Below, piece by piece: positions 30,972 through 40,770 of a stretch of 64,000 nt of DNA. The position numbers were made by a program, and so were the translations under genes. The notes beneath the pieces were generated by a model. The model had not been told where the DNA came from. It searched no databases and saw nothing but the letters and a program-made list of their open reading frames with translations. The DNA lies in IMG/VR virus record IMGVR_UViG_3300023174_000063, one strand, 5' to 3'. The first letter of the stretch is position 1; every line of letters begins with the position of its first letter. Source of the stretch: a virus.

Positions 30972-33900
30972 ATGTCAAATGTTACAGTTCGACCTGAGTT
31001 AGACGAAATAATTAATAGACTTGGTAGATATTTTGGATCCATCTCTAAGAGTGCATTCTTAAATTACGCCGCTAAAAAAAGAGAAAAAGATGGCAAAATT
31101 GAACCCTTGAGCGGAATTGAGACGGCTATTACAACGCTAGGTGATGTCATTCTTGATATGCAAGAAGGCGGCAAGATGACAAAAGACATTATTCAACAAG
31201 TAAATGAGAAACTAAATAGAACTTCCCCAGAAGATTCTGAAAATAGTCTAGACACTACAATGCCATCTGTTCTTAGAATTACATATGAACCGATTCCTGA
31301 CGCCGCCGCATGCAATATCGTTCATGGGCATACGGCCGGAGCGAAATTAAAAGATCAAGGTTCTTTTGCAGGCTCTACAGACAGTAATATTTTTTCAATT
31401 AGAAAAGTTTTAGGAAAGCTAGACGAATCAAATTTTATTAACATCAATCCAGAAGCACCTGACAAAGATACATCTCCTGGGCTCTCTGTTATTCAAATGA
31501 TACCTCCGGCACTAACACCGGCAAATAGAGACACCGGTGCAATTTCTTTATTAATGAATACGATTCCGACTCTAGAGATGAGTCGAGCCGTCCCATATAT
31601 TGACATTGTAGCTATTTCTAGAACACCGTCGCTTACAGAAGCGTCTAATGGTGCTGGTAGAATTGCCCAAATGTCTCTTGGGCAATTTTTATTAGGAAAT
31701 GATAATGTTACCGGTGTTTCAAAAGTTATAGCAGGAGCGCTAGATCAATCTGTAGTCAAGGACCCGCCGCCACCGCTAGATAATAATGATGGAACTTCTT
31801 CTAGAGCATCAACAGTAAAAGATTTTGGTACTGCAGGAATGGAGCTTTTTACGAGCCCACAGACTCTTGTGAATGCAGATGAAATGCACAATGAATTTGA
31901 CTCAATTGAGAACAGTAATTTTAATACTCTCACCGGCGAAAAAGAGACTGAAACTCTTCATCCGGGCGGGAAAAGGGCAGCACCAGTAATCGACCGCTTC
32001 AGGCCCTTAATGTCGCTTTCTGACTTTAAGGTAAATGTTTCGCCTTTGAAGGGTGTAATGTCTTACAAGAGCGCTGAAATGAATCTTATACTGCACGATA
32101 GATCTAGACTAGCAGAAATTGCACCCTTTGTCAAGCCAGACGTATTTGATAGAAATCATTTTCTCATTGAGTACGGCTGGGCACATCCTGAAAACAAAGT
32201 TCATGAATTTTCTCCTTTGGGACAATCGATGAATATTAAGCAACTTGATGATGATTTAAATGCCAATCTAATCGGCTTATTTATTTCTCACATGAGATGC
32301 AGAGAAAAATATCACGTTATCAACTCTTCCTTCACATTTGATGAAACTGGGCAAGTTCAAATTAACGTCAAATTGGCAATGTTGGGAGGCGAAGACAGAT
32401 TTCTGACTAGAATTGGCAGCGGTGGAGAAGTAGAAGAACAATCAAAAGCAATCAAAAAAGTCACAGAAGCAATTGCAGAAGTAAGAAAAAAAATAGGCAG
32501 CTCGCAGGCCGGTGGCTCTGAAGATGTTTTAGGAGATAGCAATATACTCAATATTGCATCTACAGCAGAATCAGCAGTCAATCTCAAAAAAGATGATATG
32601 AAAAAAATCAATGAATTTCTCAAAAAGAACAAAGGACAATCACAAGTTCAAGAAATAGAGAAACTCAAAGAATGCTTTACACAGCTATTAGGACCGAATG
32701 GCGACGGCACAGGAACTTCATTAATAGCTAGCATTAGAGGAAGTATCGCAGCCGAAATTAATAGAAAAATGTCTGCAATTAAAAACGGATATGATCCATG
32801 GATTCGAACAATGTCTTTGGGTGGAAAAGACATCACTGAAAAGAACATTGGAAATTACGTTTCTCTCGGTAAAATTTTTACTATCTTTTTAGGAATGCCA
32901 CTAGCTGACACTAAAAAATTTGATGATGTTCAAATATATTTTTACTCCTTCAATGACAAAGCATCCTTCGCCAAAGATTTAAACATCGCACAATTTCCAA
33001 TCCCTTGCGACGACTTAGAAGAAATGCTTAAAGAGACAATGAAATTAGAGGCAAATCTTCCACTTATGTCTTTCATTAATTTCATTAATAATGCTTTCAT
33101 CTGCGATCAAGGAAGCCCTGCGTACGGCATGACAAATATTTTTACTGACAGAGACAAAGAAAGCAAGCTTAAAAGAAAGTTAGCCAAAGAATTCGAAGAA
33201 GACGGCACGCTTATGTTTGGAGAAAAGCAGAGAATCTTAAGGAGCGCATACGGAGAAGGTGCCGATCTTGTTTTTAAGCTTCCAGCTTTAAAGATTAAAG
33301 TAGAGACAGTCCCAGTAGCCGATAAGACTAAAGATTCTGATGGTGTCGACGAAATGGGTGCCAGCAAGACAATTCTTAGGGTCCATGTGTTCGATGCGCA
33401 AGCATCTTCTTACACGTGTCTTTCATCTCTTCTTGCGGCATCTAGAAGAGACCAGATGGGCATCATAACAAAGTCTGCCGGGAATGTAACTAATGCATCA
33501 ACTGCATCACCCCAGCACAATGATGAATTTAACAAGTATCTTGCTGAAGCTGTAAGCAGGGGACTTTTAGAGTTAATTCCCGCGACATCAGAAAAAATTA
33601 GTCCCGAGATGAAATCGACAGAAGAAGCCTCAAAGGGCAAACGTTATTATCGCCTCGCTGGTGGTTTCCCTGCCCTAAAAAACTATATTAGCAGAGCAAT
33701 GCCTTCAGTTGCATACGGGTCACAAAATTCAGGTATTATTAAAGCTAATGTTCAGAGCATGCAGAATGCTCTACTTTCCACAGTGAACATGCAACGACAA
33801 GGTTTGCGTCCCGGCGACCAGCCACAGAGTAAGAGAGACGCAGGAGTTCCTATGACTGTCCAGCCTGTCGAATGCAGCCTAGAAACAATTGGTTGTCCTC

Positions 33901-34145
33901 TATGGGAGTTTGGGCAGCAAATATTTATCGATTTTGGAACTGGAACTTCTGTTGACAATGTCTATCAAGTTATTGGTCTTGATCACTCCCTTAAGGCAGG
34001 AGAGTTTAGAACTACAGTTAAGCTGGCGTCATTGTTGACGTGGGGCGTCTATGAATCAATGGTTGACAAGATTATGGAGGCCACTGCAGTCATTGCAAGT
34101 GCGCCGGCGGCTAATCCTCCGGACGATCCCACTGCGAAAAATTAA
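30972..34145 (+). CDS. Baseplate hub-like protein (gp27/gpD-like)
   Basis: FLIEYGWAHP; C-terminal SLETIGCPLWEFGQQIFIDFGTGTSVDNVYQVIGLDHSL..GEFRTTVKL; follows the LysM gene. Confidence 0.65.
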   Translation: MSNVTVRPELDEIINRLGRYFGSISKSAFLNYAAKKREKDGKIEPLSGIETAITTLGDVILDMQEGGKMTKDIIQQVNEKLNRTSPEDSENSLDTTMPSVLRITYEPIPDAAACNIVHGHTAGAKLKDQGSFAGSTDSNIFSIRKVLGKLDESNFININPEAPDKDTSPGLSVIQMIPPALTPANRDTGAISLLMNTIPTLEMSRAVPYIDIVAISRTPSLTEASNGAGRIAQMSLGQFLLGNDNVTGVSKVIAGALDQSVVKDPPPPLDNNDGTSSRASTVKDFGTAGMELFTSPQTLVNADEMHNEFDSIENSNFNTLTGEKETETLHPGGKRAAPVIDRFRPLMSLSDFKVNVSPLKGVMSYKSAEMNLILHDRSRLAEIAPFVKPDVFDRNHFLIEYGWAHPENKVHEFSPLGQSMNIKQLDDDLNANLIGLFISHMRCREKYHVINSSFTFDETGQVQINVKLAMLGGEDRFLTRIGSGGEVEEQSKAIKKVTEAIAEVRKKIGSSQAGGSEDVLGDSNILNIASTAESAVNLKKDDMKKINEFLKKNKGQSQVQEIEKLKECFTQLLGPNGDGTGTSLIASIRGSIAAEINRKMSAIKNGYDPWIRTMSLGGKDITEKNIGNYVSLGKIFTIFLGMPLADTKKFDDVQIYFYSFNDKASFAKDLNIAQFPIPCDDLEEMLKETMKLEANLPLMSFINFINNAFICDQGSPAYGMTNIFTDRDKESKLKRKLAKEFEEDGTLMFGEKQRILRSAYGEGADLVFKLPALKIKVETVPVADKTKDSDGVDEMGASKTILRVHVFDAQASSYTCLSSLLAASRRDQMGIITKSAGNVTNASTASPQHNDEFNKYLAEAVSRGLLELIPATSEKISPEMKSTEEASKGKRYYRLAGGFPALKNYISRAMPSVAYGSQNSGIIKANVQSMQNALLSTVNMQRQGLRPGDQPQSKRDAGVPMTVQPVECSLETIGCPLWEFGQQIFIDFGTGTSVDNVYQVIGLDHSLKAGEFRTTVKLASLLTWGVYESMVDKIMEATAVIASAPAANPPDDPTAKN

Positions 34146-34181
34146 TTTATAAAAATCTACTTTAAGTGCTATCGTTGTTTT

Positions 34182-35405
34182 ATGACGACGATTCTAATTC
34201 ATAAAACGCTTTCCGGAACAAAAAATCATCTTCGAAATGATCCTTCCGGATTTGCAATTACGCATGAAATTTTAGATGATAATTGGATTGTCGGCAATGA
34301 AGAGACAGTTAAGTCTGTAGATGTAGTTTCGCAGATTTTTGATGAACAGCTACCACGAATCTGTGATGCTGCACACTTAGCTGCCTTTAAAGCTCTTAAT
34401 CTGGACGAAGATAATCCAATTCCTTGGCACTTAGTTCTTTCAAAAGAAGAGTTTAAGTGCAGAATTTCTAGGATTATGACTTCTTCTAATGAAGTGTTGA
34501 AAAAGCTTAAGCTTTCAAACTACGAAGAAATATTTGTTCAGAATAGAAAATTTTTAAAGTCATTGTCAAAAGCTGCAATCGATCTAGAAAAACTAGAAAA
34601 TTATCTGAGTGACTCAAGTGACAATCCCACAAGGGCATCAACACTTAAGACTTTTTTGCCTGGTGCTGATGGTTTTGCAGACGCTATAAATTACGACCAG
34701 ACTGCAACAGTAACAGGACGACTTACAGTTAAGTCGGGACCTCGAGTGCTTACGCAGCCGGCGGAGACACGTGACATATTTAAGTCTAGATACACTAATG
34801 GCACAGTTTATTCAGTTGACTTTGTTTCTCTCGAACCTCGTGTTATTAGAAAAATAATGTTTGGCGATGAGACGCCTACTGACATTTACCAGCATGTTCA
34901 AGATCTGATTGGTAATAAGACTTTGGCGCGCAACGAAATAAAGCGACTAATCATTTCTTGCATTTATGGCGCTTCAAAACAGAGATTAAATTCTATGTCC
35001 AAGATAAGCAATCTTTCGAGCGCAATGATTACGATAGATGATTATTTTGGCATTGAAAGATTAAATCAAAAATTACAGCAGTGTCATTCCGAGAATGGTC
35101 ATATTATCAATTACTTTGGTCGCCCCGTCTTTAATGACAAAGAAGAGAGTCATTTGTGGCTTAGCCACTATGTGCAATCAACAGCTGTAGACGTGGCGCT
35201 CGATGGATTCTCTAAGATGTCAAAAGATCTGAATTGTCTAGACAAAGACATCGTTCCTTTCGCTGTCATTCACGATGCAGTTCTCTTTGATGTGCCCAGC
35301 AAGTCAAACAATCTCTTTGTCGATTATACAAATGAACAAATCACGACAAGACTAGGTCAATTTCCAGTGTCTAGGACAGAAATTAGCAGGAGGTCAGATG
35401 TCTGA
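34182..35405 (+). CDS. Family A DNA polymerase catalytic core only
   Basis: TVTGRL; motif A SVDFVSLEPR; motif B RNEIK...IYG; YVQSTAVD; motif C IHDA. No exonuclease domains. Confidence 0.8.
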   Translation: MTTILIHKTLSGTKNHLRNDPSGFAITHEILDDNWIVGNEETVKSVDVVSQIFDEQLPRICDAAHLAAFKALNLDEDNPIPWHLVLSKEEFKCRISRIMTSSNEVLKKLKLSNYEEIFVQNRKFLKSLSKAAIDLEKLENYLSDSSDNPTRASTLKTFLPGADGFADAINYDQTATVTGRLTVKSGPRVLTQPAETRDIFKSRYTNGTVYSVDFVSLEPRVIRKIMFGDETPTDIYQHVQDLIGNKTLARNEIKRLIISCIYGASKQRLNSMSKISNLSSAMITIDDYFGIERLNQKLQQCHSENGHIINYFGRPVFNDKEESHLWLSHYVQSTAVDVALDGFSKMSKDLNCLDKDIVPFAVIHDAVLFDVPSKSNNLFVDYTNEQITTRLGQFPVSRTEISRRSDV

Positions 35406-35973
35406 AGATTTAGAAGTAACGTGGTCGACTTACGAGAAACTCTGCAAGAAGCTCGACGATCCCGGCGTCAATCGATTACTCGATGAGCTTGGTGAGAGGC
35501 TAATCGTTTGTCCCTTTGCCATCAAGACGTCACAGAAAGGCTGTGAGCCTGGTGGCCTTATTAATTATCATTTGGGTGTCACAGATGTCATGCGAAAGGT
35601 GTCTGCAGCAGTTGGTGACGGCTGCTCAACTAAGTCCATTTTGAAAGTGGGCCTTCTTCATGAGATCGGAAAAGTTGGCGATGAAGTCAATAATCTTTTT
35701 CTCGATCAGGACTCATCTTGGCACAGAGAGAAGCTCGGGCAACTTTACAAGTACAACGAGCAGGTTCAGAAAATGCCAGTTGCCCAGAGGACGCTGTACC
35801 TGCTTCAGCACTTTAGAGTCAATCTCACACTAGACGAGTGGATTGCGATCCAGGTGAGCCAGGGCTTGCATTGCGAAGAAAATAAATTCTATATTGGGTC
35901 ATTGCCGCCGCTAGCGGTTCTCTTAAATTCAGCAAGGAGTTTATTTCTGCCAAATAAGATCGAAGAAGCGTAA
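35398..35973 (+). CDS. HD-domain-like protein (degenerate motif)
   Basis: PGGLINYH...LLHEIGKVG (HD->HE)...RTLYLLQHF.V.LT.DEWIAI. Confidence 0.65.
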   Translation: MSEDLEVTWSTYEKLCKKLDDPGVNRLLDELGERLIVCPFAIKTSQKGCEPGGLINYHLGVTDVMRKVSAAVGDGCSTKSILKVGLLHEIGKVGDEVNNLFLDQDSSWHREKLGQLYKYNEQVQKMPVAQRTLYLLQHFRVNLTLDEWIAIQVSQGLHCEENKFYIGSLPPLAVLLNSARSLFLPNKIEEA

Positions 35974-35984
35974 TATTTAGTTAT

Positions 35985-36218
35985 ATGCCTAATCTCATTG
36001 ATGAATTTTGTGACCACTTGGTCAAAGAGTCTAAAAAAGAACTTCTCGCTGATGACAGTCAGTGTGAAAATGAAACCAATGAGATGAGCACAGTTGGTGG
36101 CGCTATGGGAGGAGCTCCTGCAATTGCGGGCTATACGCTTCCTCTCGGTGCTAGCAATGACAATTATACAAAAACTAGACGCAAAACTAAGCGAAAATCT
36201 AAACGCAAAAATGCTTGA
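35985..36218 (+). CDS. Small protein with acidic N-terminus and basic C-terminus (putative head-internal/DNA-binding)
   Basis: TNEMSTVGGAMGGAPAIAGYTLPLG followed by KTRRKTKRKSKRK; ATATTTAG at 35973. Confidence 0.5.
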   Translation: MPNLIDEFCDHLVKESKKELLADDSQCENETNEMSTVGGAMGGAPAIAGYTLPLGASNDNYTKTRRKTKRKSKRKNA

Positions 36219-36243
36219 ACAACAAGCAAAACCAAACTAAACT
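36215..36243 (+). promoter_or_regulatory. Sigma70-like promoter for the SSB operon
   Basis: TTGAAC-N17-TAAACT. Confidence 0.5.
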
Positions 36244-36293
36244 AACATTAGCCGCTCAAAGAAAACTAAGTTGAAAACTAAGGAGAAAACTTT

Positions 36294-37127
36294 ATGCCTA
36301 TTGATTTTGATGCAATTCGACGCAAACTGAATAAACTTTCTGGAAATACAACTTCTCGAAAAGATTCAATGTGGAAACCAGCTGATGATAGCGAGACAAA
36401 TGTGCGTCTTCTGTCATTTCCGAATAATGAGGGACAGCCCTTCAAGGAGCGTTGGTTCTACTACGGCATTGGTAATAGTCCAGGCCTTTTAGCTCCTCAC
36501 CAGTTTGGCAAGCCTGATCCGGTTCAAGAGCTCATTAATAAGCTCCGCGAGGATGGCACAAAAGAGTCGCTAGAGCTTGCAAAGAAGCTGTATCCTAAGA
36601 TGCGCTGCTACGCGCCAGTTATCGTTCGAGGCGAAGAGGACAAGGGCGTAAGGCTTTGGGCCTTTAGCAAGACTGTCTACCAGTCTCTCCTCAACATCAT
36701 GCTTGATGAAGACTACGGTGATATTACGGATGCACTAGAGGGACGCGACATTCGTGTTGCAATCTCTAAGGTACCAGGCAAGTCGTACAGCGACACAAAG
36801 GTGACACCTCGAGCAAAAACCTCAAAGCTCTCGGAGGATTCTAAGAAGTTCCAGGAGTGGACATCTAATATTCCTGATCTAGATGAGCTTTACAGCTGCA
36901 AGTCATATGAGGAGCTCGAGAAGATTGTAAATGATTGGCTCAATGGCGACCAGACAGGAGATGAGACAGGAACTCCTAGAGGTGCCAGCCCTGTGGAAAG
37001 TGATACTTCAGACCCGGACACAGATGATGCACCAGCTCAGGCAGCTCCCTCGCCTAAGAAAGCAGCTCCAGCGTCTGGCAAGTATAAGAATCTAGACGAC
37101 GCATTCGCTGATCTAGAAGACCTCTGA
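36294..37127 (+). CDS. gp32: Single-stranded DNA-binding protein (T4 gp32-like)
   Basis: WKP....T.VRLL, GVRLWAFSKTVY..LL....DEDYGDITD..EGRDI; acidic tail DDAFADLEDL. Confidence 0.85.
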   Translation: MPIDFDAIRRKLNKLSGNTTSRKDSMWKPADDSETNVRLLSFPNNEGQPFKERWFYYGIGNSPGLLAPHQFGKPDPVQELINKLREDGTKESLELAKKLYPKMRCYAPVIVRGEEDKGVRLWAFSKTVYQSLLNIMLDEDYGDITDALEGRDIRVAISKVPGKSYSDTKVTPRAKTSKLSEDSKKFQEWTSNIPDLDELYSCKSYEELEKIVNDWLNGDQTGDETGTPRGASPVESDTSDPDTDDAPAQAAPSPKKAAPASGKYKNLDDAFADLEDL

Positions 37128-37142
37128 TTATTAACTAGCAAC

Positions 37143-37170
37143 AGGGGAGCCGCATGAGCTCCCTTTTTTT
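37143..37170 (+). terminator. Rho-independent terminator
   Basis: GGGAGC-cgcatga-GCTCCC followed by T7. Confidence 0.75.
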
Positions 37171-37189
37171 ATGATTAGGAGTGCATTAA

Positions 37190-38413
37190 ATGGCAAGAAA
37201 GTCTAGTGCTGTCGAAAAGGCAGACAAGCAAGATAAATCAAATGAGCAAGATTTTTCAATCGATCTAATTCGTGCGATTAATAAAGAGCAGGGAACACGT
37301 GTAGCATATAATCTAGCATGCGATGAGTCTCCCACGCACATCAAGCGCTGGATTAGCACAGGCTGCAAACAGCTTGACTATATCGTGTCGAACAGGCGCA
37401 ATGGAGGACTGCCAGAGGGTCGTATCATTGAGATCTTTGGCCCACCGTCAATTGGTAAGTCTCATATTGCTTTGCAGATTGCAAGATCAACCCAGCAGAT
37501 GGGCGGAATTGTTGTATACATCGACACAGAGAATGCGACGTCTGTAGAAAACCTAGGTTTGCTGGGTGTTGATATTACAAAGCGATTTGTGTATGTTGAC
37601 ACTCACTGTACTGAAGAAGTGTTGTCAATTGCGGAGGCGACAATCGTCAAGGCAAAGGCAATGAACAAGGACGTACCAATTACAATCATCTGGGACTCTG
37701 TTGCTGCAACTAGTCCTAAGGCAGAGCTGGATGGTGATTATGATGCGAATAGCATTGGATTGCAAGCGCGCGCAATTTCAAAGGGAATGAGAAAAATCAC
37801 AGGCATTATTGCCAATCAAAATGTTTTGTTTGTTTGCCTCAATCAGACACGAACAAAGATCGGTGTAATGTATGGTGACCCAATGACTACCAGCGGTGGC
37901 ACGGCAATTCCATATCACGCTTCTGTCAGAATCAAGCTTGGCGCAGGTTCTCCTATCCTCAATAAGGCGAAGGAGACAATTGGAATTAATGTCAGTGCCA
38001 AGACGATCAAGAACAAAGTTTCAGCGCCATTTAGGACATGCAATTTTGAAATTCACTTTGGCAAGGGAATCATCGAAGACGAGCAGGTCTTTGATATTCT
38101 ACGACAGCACGGAGCAGAGACGTTAGCGACGGGTGAGACTGTTGAAGTAGGCGGAGATGCTGCTTGGAAGCAGGTTCTGGTTACAAACTCCAAGAACGGC
38201 GAAGTGATTCTTGATAAGAAGTTTCATAAAGCAGAGTTTGGAAGTGTTTGGCGAGATCCTGTCTACGCAAGGTACATTGATGACCTCCTTGACAAGTGCA
38301 TGGTAAAGCAGATAACTGATGCATCCTCTACAGATTTTGATGAGAACTCATATGAGGAAGTTCGTGCAGTGGCGATGGAGATCCAGGATGATTTAGGCCC
38401 CGAGGACTACTAA
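37190..38413 (+). CDS. recA: RecA/UvsX recombinase
   Basis: GGLPEGRIIEIFGPPSIGKS, YIDTENA, IWDSVAA, IGLQAR, NQTRTKIGVMYGDP, KNKVSAPF. Confidence 0.95.
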   Translation: MARKSSAVEKADKQDKSNEQDFSIDLIRAINKEQGTRVAYNLACDESPTHIKRWISTGCKQLDYIVSNRRNGGLPEGRIIEIFGPPSIGKSHIALQIARSTQQMGGIVVYIDTENATSVENLGLLGVDITKRFVYVDTHCTEEVLSIAEATIVKAKAMNKDVPITIIWDSVAATSPKAELDGDYDANSIGLQARAISKGMRKITGIIANQNVLFVCLNQTRTKIGVMYGDPMTTSGGTAIPYHASVRIKLGAGSPILNKAKETIGINVSAKTIKNKVSAPFRTCNFEIHFGKGIIEDEQVFDILRQHGAETLATGETVEVGGDAAWKQVLVTNSKNGEVILDKKFHKAEFGSVWRDPVYARYIDDLLDKCMVKQITDASSTDFDENSYEEVRAVAMEIQDDLGPEDY

Positions 38414-38414
38414 C

Positions 38415-39359
38415 ATGCGCGACGTTATTATGTTAGTCGACGCCATGAATCTCTTCATAAGACATTTTGTGGTGAATCCGACAGCAAGCAATAACGGAGC
38501 GCATGTTGGTGGTTTTGTGGGATTTCTTGGCGCAATTAGGACACTTAGCGAACGACTGAATCCTAAAAAGATTGTGGTCGTTTGGGAGAGCGGTGGATCC
38601 CCGCGGCGCCGAAGAATTTTTCCTGATTATAAAAAGGGTAGAAGACCACAGCGTCTCAACAGAAATAACGAAGATATTCCTAATACAGTTTCAAATCATG
38701 ACCAGCAGATAATGCTGATTATTGAAGCGTTGAGACATGTACCTGTTTCTCAAATTTATATTGCTGATTGTGAAGCTGATGATGTAATCGGCTACCTTGT
38801 CAAATATAAATTTAGAGATGAAAAGTGCGTGATTGTATCTTCAGACAAAGATCTCTATCAGCTTTTAAACGCTAATGTGTCACAATGGTCGCTGGGCCAA
38901 AAAATGCTGATAACTCCAGAAGTAGTTCTAGAAAAGTTTGGGGTCTCTAGCAATAACTTTTGCGTTGCTCGATGCTTTGTGGGAGACAATTCTGATGGAA
39001 TTCCAGGCGTTGAGCGAGCAGGCTTTAAAACTTTGTCTAAATATTTTACAAGTTTACGTGAACATGTCGACTTGTCGGTAGAAGATATTGTTGAGGAGGC
39101 ATCTAAGCGGGTTACAAATAAATCACCTGCGCTTTTCAATAACATTGTTAGCGAGATGTCAACTGCCAAAAGAAACTGGAGCCTGATGTATCTAGACACT
39201 AGGAATCTTTCGGGAGATCAAATACAAAAAATCAATGATACATTAGAGACTTCGACACCAAATAAAAACAAAATGGCATTAATTCGTCTCCTCCTTCGTG
39301 AGGGCATTCAGACGTTTGATGTCGACACCTTCTTTATGTCACTAAAAACACTAGGATAA
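38415..39359 (+). CDS. 5'-3' exonuclease/flap endonuclease (T4 RNase H / PolI N-domain-like)
   Basis: LVDAMNLFIR, YKKGR, EADDVIG, SSDKDLYQL, GDNSDGIPGV. Confidence 0.92.
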   Translation: MRDVIMLVDAMNLFIRHFVVNPTASNNGAHVGGFVGFLGAIRTLSERLNPKKIVVVWESGGSPRRRRIFPDYKKGRRPQRLNRNNEDIPNTVSNHDQQIMLIIEALRHVPVSQIYIADCEADDVIGYLVKYKFRDEKCVIVSSDKDLYQLLNANVSQWSLGQKMLITPEVVLEKFGVSSNNFCVARCFVGDNSDGIPGVERAGFKTLSKYFTSLREHVDLSVEDIVEEASKRVTNKSPALFNNIVSEMSTAKRNWSLMYLDTRNLSGDQIQKINDTLETSTPNKNKMALIRLLLREGIQTFDVDTFFMSLKTLG

Positions 39360-39360
39360 A

Positions 39361-40770
39361 ATGGAAACCGTAGAAACACTTCAAATTCGACGCAATGGAG
39401 ATGTGAATTTTTCGAAATATGGAAAGCAGTTCCAGGAAACTATTTTCCAAGGTCTTTTGACTGACTTTACTTGGGCATCTCAAATGTCCGAAGTCATGGA
39501 TCCTAGCTACTTCGATGTTAAGTATCTGACCTTTCTTGCAGAAAGGTACTTTTCATATTTTTCGAAGTACCGCACATTTCCAACTCTCGGTCTTTTGGCG
39601 ACAATTGTCAAAGAGGATCTAGCAGCTGGATCTGAGACTGATCACATTTTGCGAGATCAGATTGTTGAATTCCTGCATCGTGTTAAGTCGAATCCAAATC
39701 TGGCAGACTTGCAGTATGTCAAAGACAAGAGTCTAGACTTCTGTAAGCGTCAAGCTTTCAAAGATGCTCTGCAGCAAGCAGTAGAGCTGATCTCTACAGA
39801 CAAGTTTGAAAGCGTAGTGGGTCTAATGAAGAACGCTGTCGCTGTCGGCATGCCAAATTCTGTGGGTCATGACTTCTTTGATGACATGGAGGCTCGATTT
39901 GTAAAGCAGCGGCGCATTGTTTGCCCGACCGGTTTCGCAAAACTTGATAGCAAAGAGATCTTCCAGGGCGGCTTAGGCAAGGGAGAAATCGGTGTTATTA
40001 CTGCTAACACTGGCGTCGGTAAGAGTCACTTTCTCGTTGCACTTGGTGCCAATGCAATGAGAGCAGGAAAGAATGTCTTGCATTACACCTTTGAGCTCTC
40101 AGAGACAAATGTCGGTCTTCGATATGACTCAAATCTTTGTGACATGAATAGCAATGAAATTCAGGACAATAAAGACATCGTTAAAGCACGATATCAAGAT
40201 CATGACCTGGGCAGATTAATTATTAAGGAGTTCCCCACAGGGTCTGCATCAGTTCTGACACTTAGAAATCATATCGAGAAGCTTTCGATGAAAGGATTTG
40301 TGCCCGGTGTCATTATGGTTGACTACGCGGACGTTATGAGATCTACAAGAAGCTATGATTCTATGCGCCATGAGCTTAAGCTTATCTACGAAGAGCTCAG
40401 AAATATGGCCATGGAAATGAATGTGCCTATTTGGACTGCCTCTCAGGCGAACAGAGATTCGGCAAATTCTAATATCGTAGGCCTCGAGAATATGTCTGAA
40501 GCATATGGCAAGGCAATGGTTGCTGACGTCGTCATCTCTGTTTCTAGAAAGGCTGTTGAAAAAGCGACAGGTGCAGCAAGACTTTTTGTTGCAAAGAACA
40601 GAGCTGGAAAAGACGGCATTCTTTTTCCTATTCACATTGACACAGGTCGCTCTAAAATAGAGATACTGGACGAGAATCAACTAACCTTGGGTGAGGCAGT
40701 AAGTCAAGATGCTTCTGACACCAAGACACTTCTACGCAAGAAGTGGAACGAATTGAACAGCCCTGAATAA
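39361..40770 (+). CDS. Replicative helicase, DnaB/T4 gp41 family
   Basis: GLGKGEIGVITANTGVGKS, HYTFELSE, MVDYAD, WTASQANR, AKNRAG. Confidence 0.92.
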   Translation: METVETLQIRRNGDVNFSKYGKQFQETIFQGLLTDFTWASQMSEVMDPSYFDVKYLTFLAERYFSYFSKYRTFPTLGLLATIVKEDLAAGSETDHILRDQIVEFLHRVKSNPNLADLQYVKDKSLDFCKRQAFKDALQQAVELISTDKFESVVGLMKNAVAVGMPNSVGHDFFDDMEARFVKQRRIVCPTGFAKLDSKEIFQGGLGKGEIGVITANTGVGKSHFLVALGANAMRAGKNVLHYTFELSETNVGLRYDSNLCDMNSNEIQDNKDIVKARYQDHDLGRLIIKEFPTGSASVLTLRNHIEKLSMKGFVPGVIMVDYADVMRSTRSYDSMRHELKLIYEELRNMAMEMNVPIWTASQANRDSANSNIVGLENMSEAYGKAMVADVVISVSRKAVEKATGAARLFVAKNRAGKDGILFPIHIDTGRSKIEILDENQLTLGEAVSQDASDTKTLLRKKWNELNSPE

